This document shows positions 26,630 to 40,503 of a stretch of 64,000 nt of DNA, piece by piece. Each line of letters begins with the position of its first letter. Position 1 is the first letter of the stretch. Under the pieces are notes generated by a model. That model had not been told where the DNA came from. It searched no databases and worked only from the letters and a program-made list of their open reading frames with translations. The translations under genes were made by a program, and so were the position numbers. Origin of the DNA: Camelus ferus. Lineage: Eukaryota. The stretch is from NCBI RefSeq assembly GCF_009834535.1, contig NC_045707.1, forward strand, positions 60,514,001-60,578,000, written 5' to 3'.

Positions 26630-27390
26630 TGTTATGAAAGCCTTGACTTGAAATCAAACTGAATCAGAGACTACGAGCATTATTAGCTGTTGTTAATGAA
26701 GAATCCTGAGGTAACAGGGGACTGCCGAAGACAAGAGCCTGGGCCAGTCCTTTCTATTTTACTACATTAGGGTAGAAATCTAAGAACAGCTGAAAGACTT
26801 CCACTCGAAAACACTAGGAATATAAACAATCCAGGCTGGGTGAAGGTCTCTTCCTTTCTAAATTATACTGACTTTATATCTTAAAATCATGAAAGTGATG
26901 GAATTACTTTGCTTGCAATAAGTTCTTTTAATACATCCTGAGAGAACATAACTATCAGAAGAGACACTTCTCCATGGGTCTCTGGAGCTCCCATACGTCT
27001 TGCTGAGTACATGAGAAGACTGCAAGGTCCTGACCACTCTGTACATAGGCCATTTCTGAGAGATGTGTTTGCATCAAGCCACCCTGAGAGATGAGGTAAC
27101 TTCTCCCTCTGGGACAAAGAGCAACCTTGCTTTCCATATACTATAAAAGCAAAGAATATCTAACTGTGTGTACTGCATCCAACTGGACCATTATCAAGAC
27201 ACTCCCATAGGATGTAGGGAGCAAGAGGGATTTACACAAATATGATATTCATGCTATTTGCTGTGCTATGAAGAATAAAGTCCTTTGTCTCTACCTGAGT
27301 CATGTATCTTCTGCCAGCATCCATGAAATAGTAATACACTACAGCTTTTAAATAGGGTGTAATTCTAGACTCAAAAGTAATTGACTATAC
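26630..27390 (+). mobile_element. Old ERV(L)-type solo LTR
   Basis: TGT start; aataaagtcctttgtctct..tcttctgccagcatccatgaaa LTR R/U5-like block. Family and ends uncertain. Confidence 0.55.
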
Positions 27391-29039
27391 TTCAATAAAC
27401 AAAACAAAAAAGAAGTAAAAATTAACCTTGAGGCTATAAATACCAGTTATTATTAAAAACTGCATTTACTCACCATTGTTTGTTTTAGGGAAGTAAATTG
27501 CTAGACTATGTATTGTAAGAAATGAAGTTTACCACCCAGAAGATATAATATACGCAGACACTGTAATTATTAACTTACTCTATAATTACTGACTTTATTC
27601 TGTAACCGTACTTGTCCATAAGTGATGGAACAAACTGTAAGGCAGGCAACGAATGTCAAGACTTTTTGTCTGTATTTCTCACTTCAGAGTTCCTTGTTTA
27701 TTTTTAAACACAAGACAAATGTGATCTTTCTGATCAACAGAATGAGATCAAACGTGTCTCAACTGTAACACTTGAAACAACAACAAAAAGAAATGCTTTA
27801 AAATTCTGAGAAAATCAATTTTAATCTAGAAGTGTATGCTCAGCCAAACAACAAATAAGGTGTGAGGGCAGAAGAGAAAGTAACTTCAAAACATTTACCT
27901 CCCAAGTTCTTTCTCTTGGAAAGTTATCAGAAAATGTGTGCTACTAAAACAAGGAGTAAACCAACAGAGACAAAAACGTGAGATCCAGGAAACTGAGACC
28001 AACACTGGAACAAAGGGATTTCCCAGAATGAATGCAAAGGTAAATCTCAAGACAATGACTGTATGTCGCTCTAAAGAGCAACAGTCTGGGCTGGAACAGA
28101 AAGATGGAGAAAGCCAAGAATGACTTCATACTCCCTCCACCAAAAAAGGAACCAATAAATTATCTAATACTGTTTGCAAACAGAGATGGGTTTTATAGTT
28201 CTGTCTAAAAGTATGGGAATAATTAATTATAATACATAGAAATTTAAACAAATAGAAAAAAAATGAAACAACTATTACTTCAGATAAAAATTACAATTCT
28301 ACAGAAAAAAACAGATAATCATGGAACACTTTTGGGCTTATCAGTACAGATTTACACACTTCCAACAATTTAAACGTTGCATAGTAACTTAAGTAAAATT
28401 GTAACAGAGGAGGGGAGAAGTATTAGTGGGTAGGTGACTTAGAATACCTAGTTATCCAAAATAGAAAGTCAAATATAAATTAAGAAATAGCATAAAAATT
28501 GGCAGCATTTATTAAGATTCAAAATTCATCCTTCCAACTTTCTTACTTCTGAGACTCCTACAAACATATATGAATATAATATGAATATGGTATGTGAACA
28601 AGGTATTAATTACAACACTGAAGTAGTAAAAACACTAGAATCAATCTAAATGTTCATCAGTAGGTAAACCATGAAAAAAATTACGTCCATACAATTGGAT
28701 ATTATACAGTTTTTTAAAAAGAATGATGTGGCTCTAGGTGCACTGATATGAGAAATCTTGAAGATACATAAATTAAATGAAAAAAGCAGAAAAGCATTTG
28801 CTATCATTTGTATAGATAGCTTTGTAGATAAAAGTAGCAACATAAAATATAAAATACAAGAGTAAATACTAAAAGAAACAGCCAAAGTATTAAAAATAAT
28901 TACTTTTGGGGTACAGAACCCAGGGGGTAGGAAGGGATTGCTGTTTCCCATTGTAAGCCTTTAAATACTATTTGATTTTTTAAATTGTTTATATACTATT
29001 TTGATTAAAATAACACTAACTGAAAAAATACAGAGGCTT

Positions 29040-30330
29040 ACAGAAGGCTAGATAATTTGAGCCAACCCTTTCATTAAAGAAAACTTTAAAAAGCTCAATG
29101 AATTAAAAGAAACATTTCCTAAAAAGCAAAACCTAAGAAGATTAAGAGCATTTACCTGGCAAAGATTCAGGAGAAGGTTAAAACTGGGAGAAGTTAGAAA
29201 ACCGCTTGGGCCCCATCTGCCCTAGAGACAACTGCTGATGCAGAAGAGTTGGCCAAGAGGCAAGCTACGCAGACAAAAGCAAAATAAAGGTTGGGACCCC
29301 AAAAAGCTGCACTGCAGGAGTAATGAAGAACCAGAAGTAACCCTGGCTGTAGCATGGTCTTCAGCCATCTGAGTGATCCAGAAAATCTAAAGACTTAAAT
29401 TAAAGTTGCGCGTCGCAGAAACAAATGGGATCTTCTCATCTTAGGCCTCAAATTATTCAACAAGTAAGTTTTCAAGCACAATGTCTAGTATACATTCGAA
29501 GATTATCAGGCACACAAAGGATCAACATAACAGATACAGACCCACACAGATTCCAAATGCTGTCTTCTTAGACAAAGATTATATAATAATTATATGTTCA
29601 AGTATACAAGACAAGATGGAAAATTTCAGCTACAAATGAATCAAAAAACAGAAGTTTGAAAAACATAATTGAAATTCTAGAACTAAAAAATAAACAAAAT
29701 GAAGAACATGTTGAATAGATTTAACAGCAGATTACACATAGAGAATAAATGAACTGGAAGATAAGTCAGAAGAAGTTTCCAGAATGAAGCAGAGAGAAAA
29801 GAGTAAGAGATAAAGAGCATACAATGAAAAGGTCAAACATACGTTTAACTGGTGTTCCAGGAGGAGAGCAAAAAGAGAATGGGGCAGAAGCAATATTTGA
29901 AGAAATAATAGCTGAGATTTTCCAGAACTGATGAAAACATCAATCCACAGAATCAAGAATTTCTTTCAGTCTCATTCAGGGTAAATAAAAAGAAATCCAC
30001 ACCTAGAAACATCATCATGAAACTGCAGAAAACCAGAAACAAAGAAAAAGTCTTAAAAGCAGCCAGAAAAAAGAAAAAGAAAAAGCCTTTAAAAGTGCAA
30101 TACTTAGACTGATTTCTCAAAGTAACAGAAGCCAGAAGACAGTGGAACGGTATTTTCAATGGGTAAACAAAAATAAAACAAACAAAAACTGCCAACCTAG
30201 ATTTCCATACCATGTGAAAATTTCCTTCACAAATATAGGTGGAAGTAAAAACATTTTCTGACAAACAAAAACAGTATTTAGATGTTAGGAGACCCATAAT
30301 GAATGCAGAAGGAAGGCTAGAAATACAAAA
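29040..30330 (+). mobile_element. Old L1 ORF1 remnant (L1ME-like)
   Basis: Decayed ORF1: GAEAIFEEIIAE.FPELMK, PRNIIMKLQKTRNKEKVLKAARKK. Confidence 0.75.
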
Positions 30331-30809
30331 AGGGCACAAAGAACAAATAAAAGGAAATACATTCTCTGGAAGAAAGTGATTCGTGGAGTTCAATGCTTTA
30401 GTTATTACTTGCTTAATCTTTCTTTAGTACTCTAAGGGCAAATTCTTTTACCTGACATTAACATCCCATTTGTCTCTAAACTCTATATGCTGTACTTAAA
30501 CAGCACATCTGCAAGCAGTTCATTTCAGACTCATGTCTTTATCTAAAGATCTTGCATCCAAATTGTCAGAGACCACTAAACTGGATTTACTAATAAAGAT
30601 TTTATCATTCTGACTCTTGCTTATCTAATTACTACCTACTATTGTTAAATAAGCAGATTAACAGTAAGTAATAAAAGTAATTTTTACTGAGTATGTAAAA
30701 TATTCTTCATTTAAGCTGGTGTGAGATTATTATTTCCTATATTATCTTTGTAACCCCTCTCTTTCCTTTTGTAGCTTTTCCCCTTCGAATTCATATTTAA
30801 AATGTGAGC

Positions 30810-31030
30810 TGCAACTTAGACTGTCTGAGTTAAAGTCCTGACTCCAACATCAGCTATGTATCACTGGTAGCATATTTAACCTCTTTATGCCTCAGTTTTT
30901 ACATCATTAGGACAGCAGTAAAAACTTATTTTTCACATAGGGTTGTTTCAAGAACTAAGATTTAAGAAAATATTCATGAAAAAGCACTCAGCACAGTACC
31001 TGGCAAATAATAAGCATTCACTAAATGTTA
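30810..31030 (+). mobile_element. MIR SINE
   Basis: atttaacctcttt.tgcctcagtttt core; agcacagtacctggca..taataagcattca. Confidence 0.7.
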
Positions 31031-31167
31031 AAAACAATTTTTTTTTCAGGAAAAAAGGCACATAGAATCTACATTTTAAAAATAATGAATTTTAGAAATT
31101 ATATACTTTATAATTATTTCTAATAATTTTATAATAACTAATTACTTAAAAATACAGAAATACTTAC

Positions 31168-31290
31168 TTGACTAAATCTATTCTGTTATTGATGGCAGCC
31201 CAATGGAGGAGTGTAACATTTTCTTTGTCTGGTTGCCGTACATCATAACCTGCTTCCACTAGTTCTCGGCAGCGTTCATATATTCCATAT
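31168..31290 (-). CDS. ZDHHC17: ZDHHC17 exon 3 (123 nt; [40 protein letters not shown](K)), ankyrin repeat
   Basis: Acceptor tctttttaag|ATATGG, donor CAA|GTAAGT; ankyrin motif TLLHWAA; overlaps ORF 31164..31364. Confidence 0.96.
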
Positions 31291-32721
31291 CTTAAAAAGA
31301 AAGACAGTATGAGATAGTTACTACTATTTGACAAGATATTTGAAGGTGAAAGTAACATTTCCAAAAGAAATTAATGCTCCATTTTGATACGTGGAAATTA
31401 AGACGGCTTTCTCAACAAAAAGTGCTACTTTAAAAATACCAATATTCCAATAGCTCTTACTAATCCATTTCACAATTTTAAATTTCTCATCTATAAGAAT
31501 GCAATATCTCATAAAGTGGAAGAGAAAAGGATACCATAAATAAAATGTTTACCCATTGCTTGTTTTTATTAATATCACCACTTATTCACAGAACACTTAA
31601 GGTAGCTTATAATAATACATACAATTACGTTAAAAATATTAAGTCATAAAGCAGCAGCAACACAGAATTTATAAATGATTTAGAAAAACGCCAAGAAGAA
31701 AGGATGTTTTACAATCTCAGGATTCTTTATTTACAAATTTAGTTTTGATATCCTGAAGGTAAATAAAAAAGTAAGTCTGTGGGTGGGAAGTAGGGAAAGT
31801 GGGGGAAGAGTCTTCCGAGTTCAAGTCAATGAGACATAAGAGAAAGTCTACTGGGAGAGTTTGAGGAAAGATGTCCATATGTGATAAAGAAGAAAGGTAC
31901 GTGCAGAGAGCCTGACCTTTTCCTCCCTTTGTTTTCAGTTACTATGTAGCAGCGTACATTTTTTTTTAAAACTCTGTATTATGTAAATTTTCAAGCATAA
32001 GCAAAAGTAGAGAAAATAGTACAATAAACCATCAAGAATCTATCATGGAGCCTCAAAAACCATCAACTTCATCCTAAACAAAATATTGGATGCTCAGAAA
32101 TATGAGACACAGAACAAATGGGCTTTGACTATACTTGTAATCTCTTTATCAGAGTGGTCTCCAAAATGGGAAGGTACACCACAGGGAGAGGCTGGGAGAA
32201 AGGTGGCACAATAATGGGACACTAAAAGCAAATACTAAAACTACCTATACTCATGTTTTAGCTAAGAGAGAAAGAAGTGAAGCTTCACTAGTATTTCATA
32301 CAGCCTGCAGTGTCTCACTGCTCCACTATCCTATCTCTATCCTACACGTGTACATGTATTCACACACACACACACACTCATACGTGCGCAAGGTAATCCA
32401 CCTAAAGGAAGAGCAAGAGTTCCACAATTCACAGGAGATGACAGCAGTACCTGCAGTTCTTCGTTCTTTTTCAGCAAATTGTTTACATGTACCCAGTTAA
32501 GTGACTAGGCCTGTTACCTCAAAGAGCAAACTCTACCTCACACTGAGAATAAGTTATGATAAAAATCCTAACTATATACAAAGAGTCACTGATTATTTTT
32601 CTAACATTTAAAAGTGAGTATGCATTTTCCTTTTAACAAAAAGACAAGTGTTTCTTTTCTGGGGAGGAGGGCAGAGGCAGTGATGGCAAATAACTGTGAC
32701 TAGTATGCTACCAACCATATT

Positions 32722-32921
32722 CAGCTGACCCTTGAACAACATGGGGGTTACAGGCAACAACCCTCCGCCAGTCAAAAATCCACATATAACTTTACCCACG
32801 GTTGGCCCTCCATATCAATGTTTCCACATCTGTGGATTAAACAAGTGTGCATTTATTGGAAAAAAATCTGCATTTAAGTGGATCCAAGCAGTTCAAACTT
32901 GTGTTGTTCAATGGTACATTG
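32722..32921. mobile_element. Tigger2-derived MITE (MER8/Tigger2a-like)
   Basis: TIR cagctgacccttgaacaacatgg ... tgtgttgttcaatggtacattg followed by TA. Confidence 0.8.
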
Positions 32922-33701
32922 TATTCTTAAGAAGCATAAAGATATTTAGTCTGTTCCCCTTCAAGGCAAGGGGAATACTTCAGACACAGTGAGAAAGTAA
33001 CGACTCTTATTTCAGTAAAACATCTACTATAATGAGAACTTTTTTTTAACAGTTTTATGCTTGGAAATGTTTCCATCATTATATAATATAGTTTCTGAAA
33101 AAGCTTACACTACAACTGTAAAAACTTTCTTATGTGAACACACTGAAAAATTTTGAAACAATTTTCTAACATATGTGAACCCATTTGCTATAATTACAAA
33201 AATGCCAAAACCTGATTAGTTTGCAAGCACTAGAATCAGAAAATGTATATTTACAAGGTAAAGCTCAGTAAAATCTTTACTTAGTGTATAGCCCTAAAAA
33301 AGTAATTATTATGTCTTAATAAATATAGCATATGTTGTAATTCTTCCATTTGGGAATTATGCATCTTTGTGAGATTTGTCTTTCTTTCAGCCAAAAGTCA
33401 TTAAAACCAAGTATCCAAATGAAATTAATTTAGGGCCAGATTTCCATATCATTGTAACATAAAATATTAAACTATCTAAAATCATAATGAAGAAGCGTAT
33501 TTAATTATACTACTCCCACTACAAGAAAGGTTAATGAAAGATACTAAAGTAAGACCTAAAGAAATACATACCCCAATTTCCCCAAATTAATCTGTAAATT
33601 TAATGAAAGTCTAATTAAAATCCCAAATGAATATCACATGAACTTTCCAAGTAGAACCCTAAAATTCATTTGTGAGAGTAACAGGTCGAGAATAGCTGAG
33701 A

Positions 33702-33835
33702 TGGGGGGAGGGTGTAGCTCAGTGGTAAAGTGCACACTTAGCATGCAGTATCCTGGGTTCAATCCCCGGTACCTCCATTAAAAAAATTAATATATAAATT
33801 AAAAAAAAAGACATAAGAAAAAAATAAATCAAAAA
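33702..33835 (+). mobile_element. tRNA-derived SINE (vic-1-like)
   Basis: gggggagggtgtagctcagtggt...ctgggttcaatcccc, A-rich tail; TSD agaataKctgaga (33689-33701 / 33836-33848). Confidence 0.9.
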
Positions 33836-35318
33836 AGAATATCTGAGACAATTCTGAAATTAAGAAATAAGTAAAACAATGTGGCATTATACAAGATTAA
33901 ACAAATGGGAGAGAAAAGAAGAGTATTTACAAATGGGCCCCAGAGTGACATCAGCATCATGATAGAATAAGACATCCATCGTTTTGTCCCCTTCCAACAA
34001 TAACTCAGCACCTATCCACGGACCTCTGTGGGAGCTATGGGATCTAGCACCATAGGCCAAGGGAGCTGGAAGGAGTCTCTCACCCACTCATGCTTTGGGT
34101 AACAGGCATTCAGATCTAGTCCCAGCTGTGGGCCTTGCAGTAACTCAAGCACTGACTCTAGCCCCTCTTAGCCATTGTCTGGGAGCTCCAGACAACACTG
34201 TCTTAGACAATCACCCACAGATGAGAGAGCCTTTGTGGAAGTCCAGGTTTCCACAGAAGTTCCAGCACATTGCTGCAGAAAAAAATGGGTTTGGACACAC
34301 TGGAGAGGAGTGCTGAATCATGAGCTGCATGACTTGACTCGGGGTGGGAAGGGGCTGGGAGAATAGCAGACAGGACTCCTAGAAGGCGTTAAAGGGACAC
34401 AGATCCCACTAACTTCTTCACAGACACCATCAAAATACATAATACATAACAAACCAATTACAGAAAGACAAAAGAACTCAAAATCGGTAAATTTAAAATG
34501 GTAATTCACACAGGAAGAAACCCAAATGGCCAATAAACATAGAAAATATATTCAACACCTTTTATAATCAGAAAAAGGCCAATCAAAAGAGAGAAAAAAC
34601 ATTTCACAACCAGCAAACTGATAACAATTATCAAGTGTGACAAAACTAGGATTTAGCAAAAATGCAATGAAAAAAGAACTCATTTCCTGCAGATGAAACT
34701 ATAAACTGGCATAGCCACTTTGGAAATCAATTTGGCAATAATTGGTAAAGTTGAAAAGGAACACAGCGAACAAGCCAGAAATTCCAACTGAGTTGCTCAC
34801 CCTAGAAGAACACCTGTTTATGTACTTGGGGGAACAGGGAGAAAGACATTCATTGATGCAACGTTTGAAATAAAGGAAAAGTAGAAACAATTTTAAGCAT
34901 GTCTCAGTAAAGAATGATAGAATACAACAAAGCAGTTACACAGGACAAATTAGGCTCTCATTTACCAACACTGATAAATCACGAAGCTATATAGCTTTGT
35001 TTTTATTTTAAAAAACAAGTTGCAAAAGGATCTGTAGAGTAGAATACAATTTATGTAAATTATAAGCATACATTATAATAGCATATTTTGCCTATAGATG
35101 TCTGTAGAAATGTATAGGAATGTTCATGAGAATGATTTACAGCAATTTCAAGAGAGGTTTCCTTGGGGAGATAAGGGAAAGTAATTTGAGCAATCTGTAG
35201 CAATTACAGCAAAATGTTAGCATCCGCTTAATCTGACACTTATATTCTTCTCTATATTTACCTGTAGGATTGAAATGCTTCAAAATTTAAATAAATGTTT
35301 TAAAAGATAGAAATGATA

Positions 35319-35446
35319 CGATGAAAAAGAATATGAAAATGAATATATGTATACTCATGTTATGACTGAAAAACTGTGCTGTACACCAGAAATTGACACA
35401 ACATTGGAAACTGACTATAATTCAATAAAAAAATTTTTTTAAAAAG
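35319..35446 (+). mobile_element. Severely truncated young L1 3' tail
   Basis: Matches the 3' end of the L1 at ~43917-44020; TSD tagaaatgata (35308-35318 / 35447-35457). Confidence 0.8.
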
Positions 35447-36415
35447 TAGAAATGATAGACAGCATTCATAAATACTTTTCAAGAAATAGAATAGTTAGAA
35501 GCATATATGAGGAATGAAGTAAGATGGTTGTTTTTTTCTTAAGATGAAAGATGTTGGAGTATATATGTGCTGATGGAAATGATGCATTAGGGTGAGACAG
35601 ATTAATAACAAAGGAGAGAAAGGAGATGTCAGAAGGAGCAAAGTCTCAAAAGGAAAAATGAATGTAGAATAGTATACTTTGCTAAATACAGTTGACACAA
35701 TGTGCTTTGATTTTTGATTATACGTAACATTCAAGAAAGTAGGGCGACATCAGTGGACTAAGGACTTCTAAAAGTTTGCTTTTCCAAAAAGATTATGAAA
35801 AACTGGCAGAATCAACTTTTTTCAGAACTCTGGAAACTAACAAAAGGCTTTCAGCAACCCAAGGAACATTTAGCCAAGAAATGAGCTGAATTTCAGGAAG
35901 CACAGAGGACTTTGTGGTGGTGTAAAGTATCACAGTCCCATTCTCTGCTCCCTAGCAGCCTTCGAAAAGTAAATTTGTATTCCTGGTACTGATACCAGAG
36001 TGAGCAGAATAGGGATGGAGTTCTCTCAAAGCTTCATTCCCAAAGAGGAGTCATTATCTGACCTGGAAGAGTCCATCTGAAAGGCTTATCTACTGGACCT
36101 CACCCAGATTCATTAAAAGCTTTGCTCTCGTGGGGTTGAAGGGTGGGGGTTGTCGAACAGTTTAACACCATAGTGGTTTGAGAGGATGGATAACAGTTGC
36201 GACACACAAGAAACAAATCAAAAAGCTCAAGCAAAAGCTGAGGAGTGAGATATCCACAGGGGCTTTGGAAAGCTCAGACGTTTTCTTGGGAAGCTAGAAG
36301 GCCACACACATGTTCAACAGAGAGAGAACATCAAAAGGAGAAAGAAATATAAGTATTCACATTTCGCTTAAAATACAGATGTCAAAGAAGAAAACAACTA
36401 TAACAAAAAACTTAC

Positions 36416-36519
36416 TGTGTAGCCTTAACGATGTCCCATGTGCTGTAATCGTCAATGTGAGCTTTCCGTCCGAGGGGTTCACCATACCCATGGTTATAAT
36501 GGCTTTGAGGTTTGATTTC
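36416..36519 (-). CDS. ZDHHC17: ZDHHC17 exon 2 (104 nt; EIKPQSHYNHGYGEPLGRKAHIDDYSTWDIVKAT(Q))
   Basis: Acceptor ttctttaatag|GAAATC, donor ACA|GTAAG; continues the exon 1 frame. Not in the ORF track. Confidence 0.95.
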
Positions 36520-38340
36520 CTATTAAAGAAAAAAAATCACACAGAAGTAAGAATTGAGAAAAGAGGTACAGAAACATTTCAGTATTCTACTATTTTTTTT
36601 GCTGTTTGAAAAATGCTAGTTATTTAAATAGTTTTTTTGCTGAAGTCTGTACTCTTTAGAGAAAAAGCACGTTCAAATAGATCTACCCCTTAAACAAACT
36701 CTCAAAACGGACAAGTTGCAAGACTATAAATTACTGACAAATTAGTAACTGAAATTCATCTTTAGCTCCACAGAACTGTCCTACTTCATCAATCAACTCT
36801 CATTCCCTCAGACTAATTTTTCTATTATTCCCACATAATCCCTAGCTCTTACACTCTAGTTCAAAAGTTTCATCACATGCCAAATAACAACTAAGGTCCT
36901 AAGGAAAAGAATTCAGATATTATTATTCTACTATTCTCATATATTACCGTTCCTTACACTCCTTCATGCTGAGGGCTTGTTAAGTATCTACTATTAGGCG
37001 ACTAAAGAACAATGGGGCAGCTCTATAAAATGTAAACCAGCTTGAGCAGTTCTAAAGATGTCAACACCCTTAAAGAAACTAATTGTTATATAAAAGTTTC
37101 ATAGATTACATCCACTTAAAGCTTATATGCTGTGTGCAATTTTTCTACTTAAAATCAAAATTTACTATGCATAGTCAGTTTCCTCAATATACCACAGCAC
37201 TAAGATACAATTGTTTCTTTGATATGAAAACAGAAAAATTGAGCATATTTGACTCTACTATTATCCATTCAAATTTCTCTAATTCTGGTATTTTTCTCTC
37301 ATGCACACACGCGTGCGCACGCACACACATACATACACATAAAAGGATAGGGCATAGCATGGTATTTGGAAAGAATTAAGTCCTTAGAATAATTCATGGT
37401 CTCTTGATCACTGATATTTAATAAAACAAATTTAATGATATTTCATCGGAGGATTAGCCATTTAATTTGTGTGGAAATTCCAAAAGTGATTTGTTTGAGC
37501 CATACATTTAGACTATCTGAGAATTTCAAATGACAGGGAACTAAAAAGTTTCACAATAGCAAATTCTGCTTAGTACCTAATCTTTCAACAAATTAGATGC
37601 TAAGTTCCTTATGAAAATGCCATAGTCAACATTAAAATACTACTGTAATAATCATAAATCTACATTAGCAGAAGAAAATAGATAAAATCAAGATTCACAA
37701 CACAACACACATAACGCATACAGCTTACTAAGTAATTTTTTGAGAGATTGTTCTTGAGCTCCATTAAAAAAGAACTGGTTAAATTTGAACATGGGCAGGT
37801 ATAGTATTTTGGGTTTATGCAAGATTCTAAATAATTGACAAAGCAAACCAATACATAAGATTTACCCATTTAATTTTTTTAAACTTTTTCTATTTAATTT
37901 CTCCACTGAAATCCAATTCTCAACTTCTCTATGCTCTAAGTAGCACAAAGTGAAGAAAGACACCTCTCAGATCAGTAACACTTCCTTCTATCTTTTTCTG
38001 ATTTTATTCTCCCCTACCATAGGGAAAATAACTTTTTTGATTCTTATTTTCCTATAGGACTATAAGATATCTGAAAGACAATAAATGGTCACAGTCTACA
38101 AGAAGAATGGAATAATACATCCAACAAAACATGTATTGAGAGCCTGCTACAAACAAAGCAGTCTACAATGTACTTAGGACCCCAAGCAAGGAGGGTAAGG
38201 CCAGTGCAAAGTTTAAGAGGGTGCCAAAAAACTCCCTAACCAAGATTTTAAAAAATCTTAATGAATTACCTTTTAAAAATCAAAACCAATGCAAAAAAAA
38301 AAAGACAGAAAGAAAGAAGAAAAGAAAACCCAAACATCAA

Positions 38341-39126
38341 TTTTTTTTTAAAATTGAAGTACTCAGTTACAATGTGTCAATTTCTGGTGTACAGCACAAT
38401 GTCCCTGCCATACATATACATATTTTTTAATATTCTTTTTCATTAAAGGTTATTGTAAGATATTGAATATAGTTCCCTGTACTACACAGAAATTTTTTAA
38501 ATCTATTTTTATATATAGTAACTAATATTTGCAAATCTGAAGCTAACATTTGCAAATCTCAAACTCCCAAATTTATTCCTTTCCACCCCCTTCTCCCCAG
38601 TAACCATAAGATTGTTTACTATGTCTGTGAGTCTGTTTCTGTTTTATAGATGAGTTCATTAGTATCCTCTTTTTGCTTTTTTTTTTAAGATTCCACATAT
38701 GAGTGATATCATATGGTATTTTTCTTTGTTTCTGGCTTACTTCACTTAGAATGATGATTTCTAGGTCCAACCATGTTGCTGCAAAAGGCATTACTTTATT
38801 CTTTTTTATGGCTGAGAAGTATTCCGTTGTATAACTATACCATCGCTTCTTTTATCTAGTCATCTGTCAATGGACACTTAAGTTGTTTCCATGTCTTGGC
38901 TATTGTATATAGTACTGCTATGAACATTACAGTGCATGTAGCTTTTCGAATTAAAGTTCCCTCAGGATATATATCCAGGAGTGGGATTGCTGGATCAAAT
39001 GGTAAGTCTATGTTTACTTTTCTGAGGACTCTACATACTGTTTTCCATAATGGCTATACCAAACTACATTTCTACTAGCAGTGTAGGAGGGTTCTCCTTT
39101 CTCCACACCCTCTCCAGCATTCATCA
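38341..39126 (-). mobile_element. 5'-truncated young L1 (3' end), sense to ZDHHC17
   Basis: Similar to the reverse complement of 43270-44020; 11-bp TSD ccaaacatcaa (38330-38340 / 39127-39137). Confidence 0.9.
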
Positions 39127-40324
39127 CCAAACATCAACATTTTAAATACAGACAGCACTACTATCACTCAATTTTCCTTCTATGCCAGGCTCCACTATGG
39201 CTTGGAGAAGTATTGCAAATCGAAATGCAAATACCAAATACAGTTTCTTGCTCTTAAGGCCTTTATAATCCAAAGTGGAAGGACAAAATAGGTAAGAAAC
39301 ATAAGTCAAAGATCAGAAGCAAGAGCTAGGTTAAAACCTAAATAAGGACAAATAAGATGCAAGAAGTACTAACATAACTTTAAAAATTATTTCAACTGGA
39401 AAATCTGTTAGGGCAAACTGCTACTCTTTTTTTTTTTTTTTTTTTTTTTTTTTACTAAGGACAAATATATTGCTTTCACAGGCAAATAACAAATATTCAT
39501 AAAATAAAAAATAAATATCTTTTTAAGCCTTACTATTATAATGTTTTCATGTCACTTTAATTTCATTTTTATCTCCAGAGACCTGTTATTATATATATAA
39601 TGGTTCAACTGTATTCTTAGTTTATCTACAGTCCATTTTGTAACACTGACATTGCCAAGTGTGATCTTCCAAATGTACTAGAAAGCAGACTTTTTTCCCC
39701 AATAACATTTAAAAATTAAACCTATGTCAGTATTTATTTTATCCCAATTATAAGGTTTTTATTTGTTTCTACTTCTTAGCAAAGGAAATCTGATTTTTTG
39801 GAAGATGGCTTTACTTCTGTCCCTAGAGTAATTCTAGGGAGGTAGAGGTATTCCCACTAAAAGACAGAAAAAAATGGTGTTTAAGCAAATCTCCAACCTG
39901 TTTTATTATTTTTAAAAAATTGACAATACGAATCTTATGTTTCTTACTTTTAATCATATTGGAAATTGATACATCTCTAGAACTAGTACTTTGACAATCT
40001 GACAAATGACACTATCAAGATAACCACCACTATCAATAGGCCTTGGAATAATCAACTTTTAAAAAGTTTTAAACTTTTAAAAAATATAAAATAAGAAAGT
40101 ATTGTGTTAATGTAAATAAGTCATAAACGTATAGATGAATTAATTTTTTAATTATAAATTTGCTATTATATATCAGATAAATTTTCAACATACAAATAAT
40201 TAATGACACTTATTTTTCCTTACTTTAATGGGAACCAAGAAGCAATTTAATTGATATCTCTGTAAGGGAAAGTAATGCTGATTTTAAAATACAGATGTAG
40301 GTCATTACAACTTTTAAGAATGCA

Positions 40325-40503
40325 GAGGGGGCAGGTATAGCTCAAGGGTATAGTGCGTGGTTAGCATGCACAAGGTCCTCAGTTCAATCCCCAGTATCTC
40401 CTCTAAAAGTAAGTAAGTAAATAAATAAATAAATAAATAAACAAACCTAATTCTCCACCCATCCTCCAAAAAAAGAAAAAAAAAAGAAAAGAAAGAAAAA
40501 AAA
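40325..40503 (+). mobile_element. tRNA-derived SINE (vic-1-like)
   Basis: ggtatagctcaag..ttagcatgcacaaggtcct..gttcaatcccc, (TAAA)n and A tail; TSD aagaatgca (40316-40324 / 40504-40512). Confidence 0.9.
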
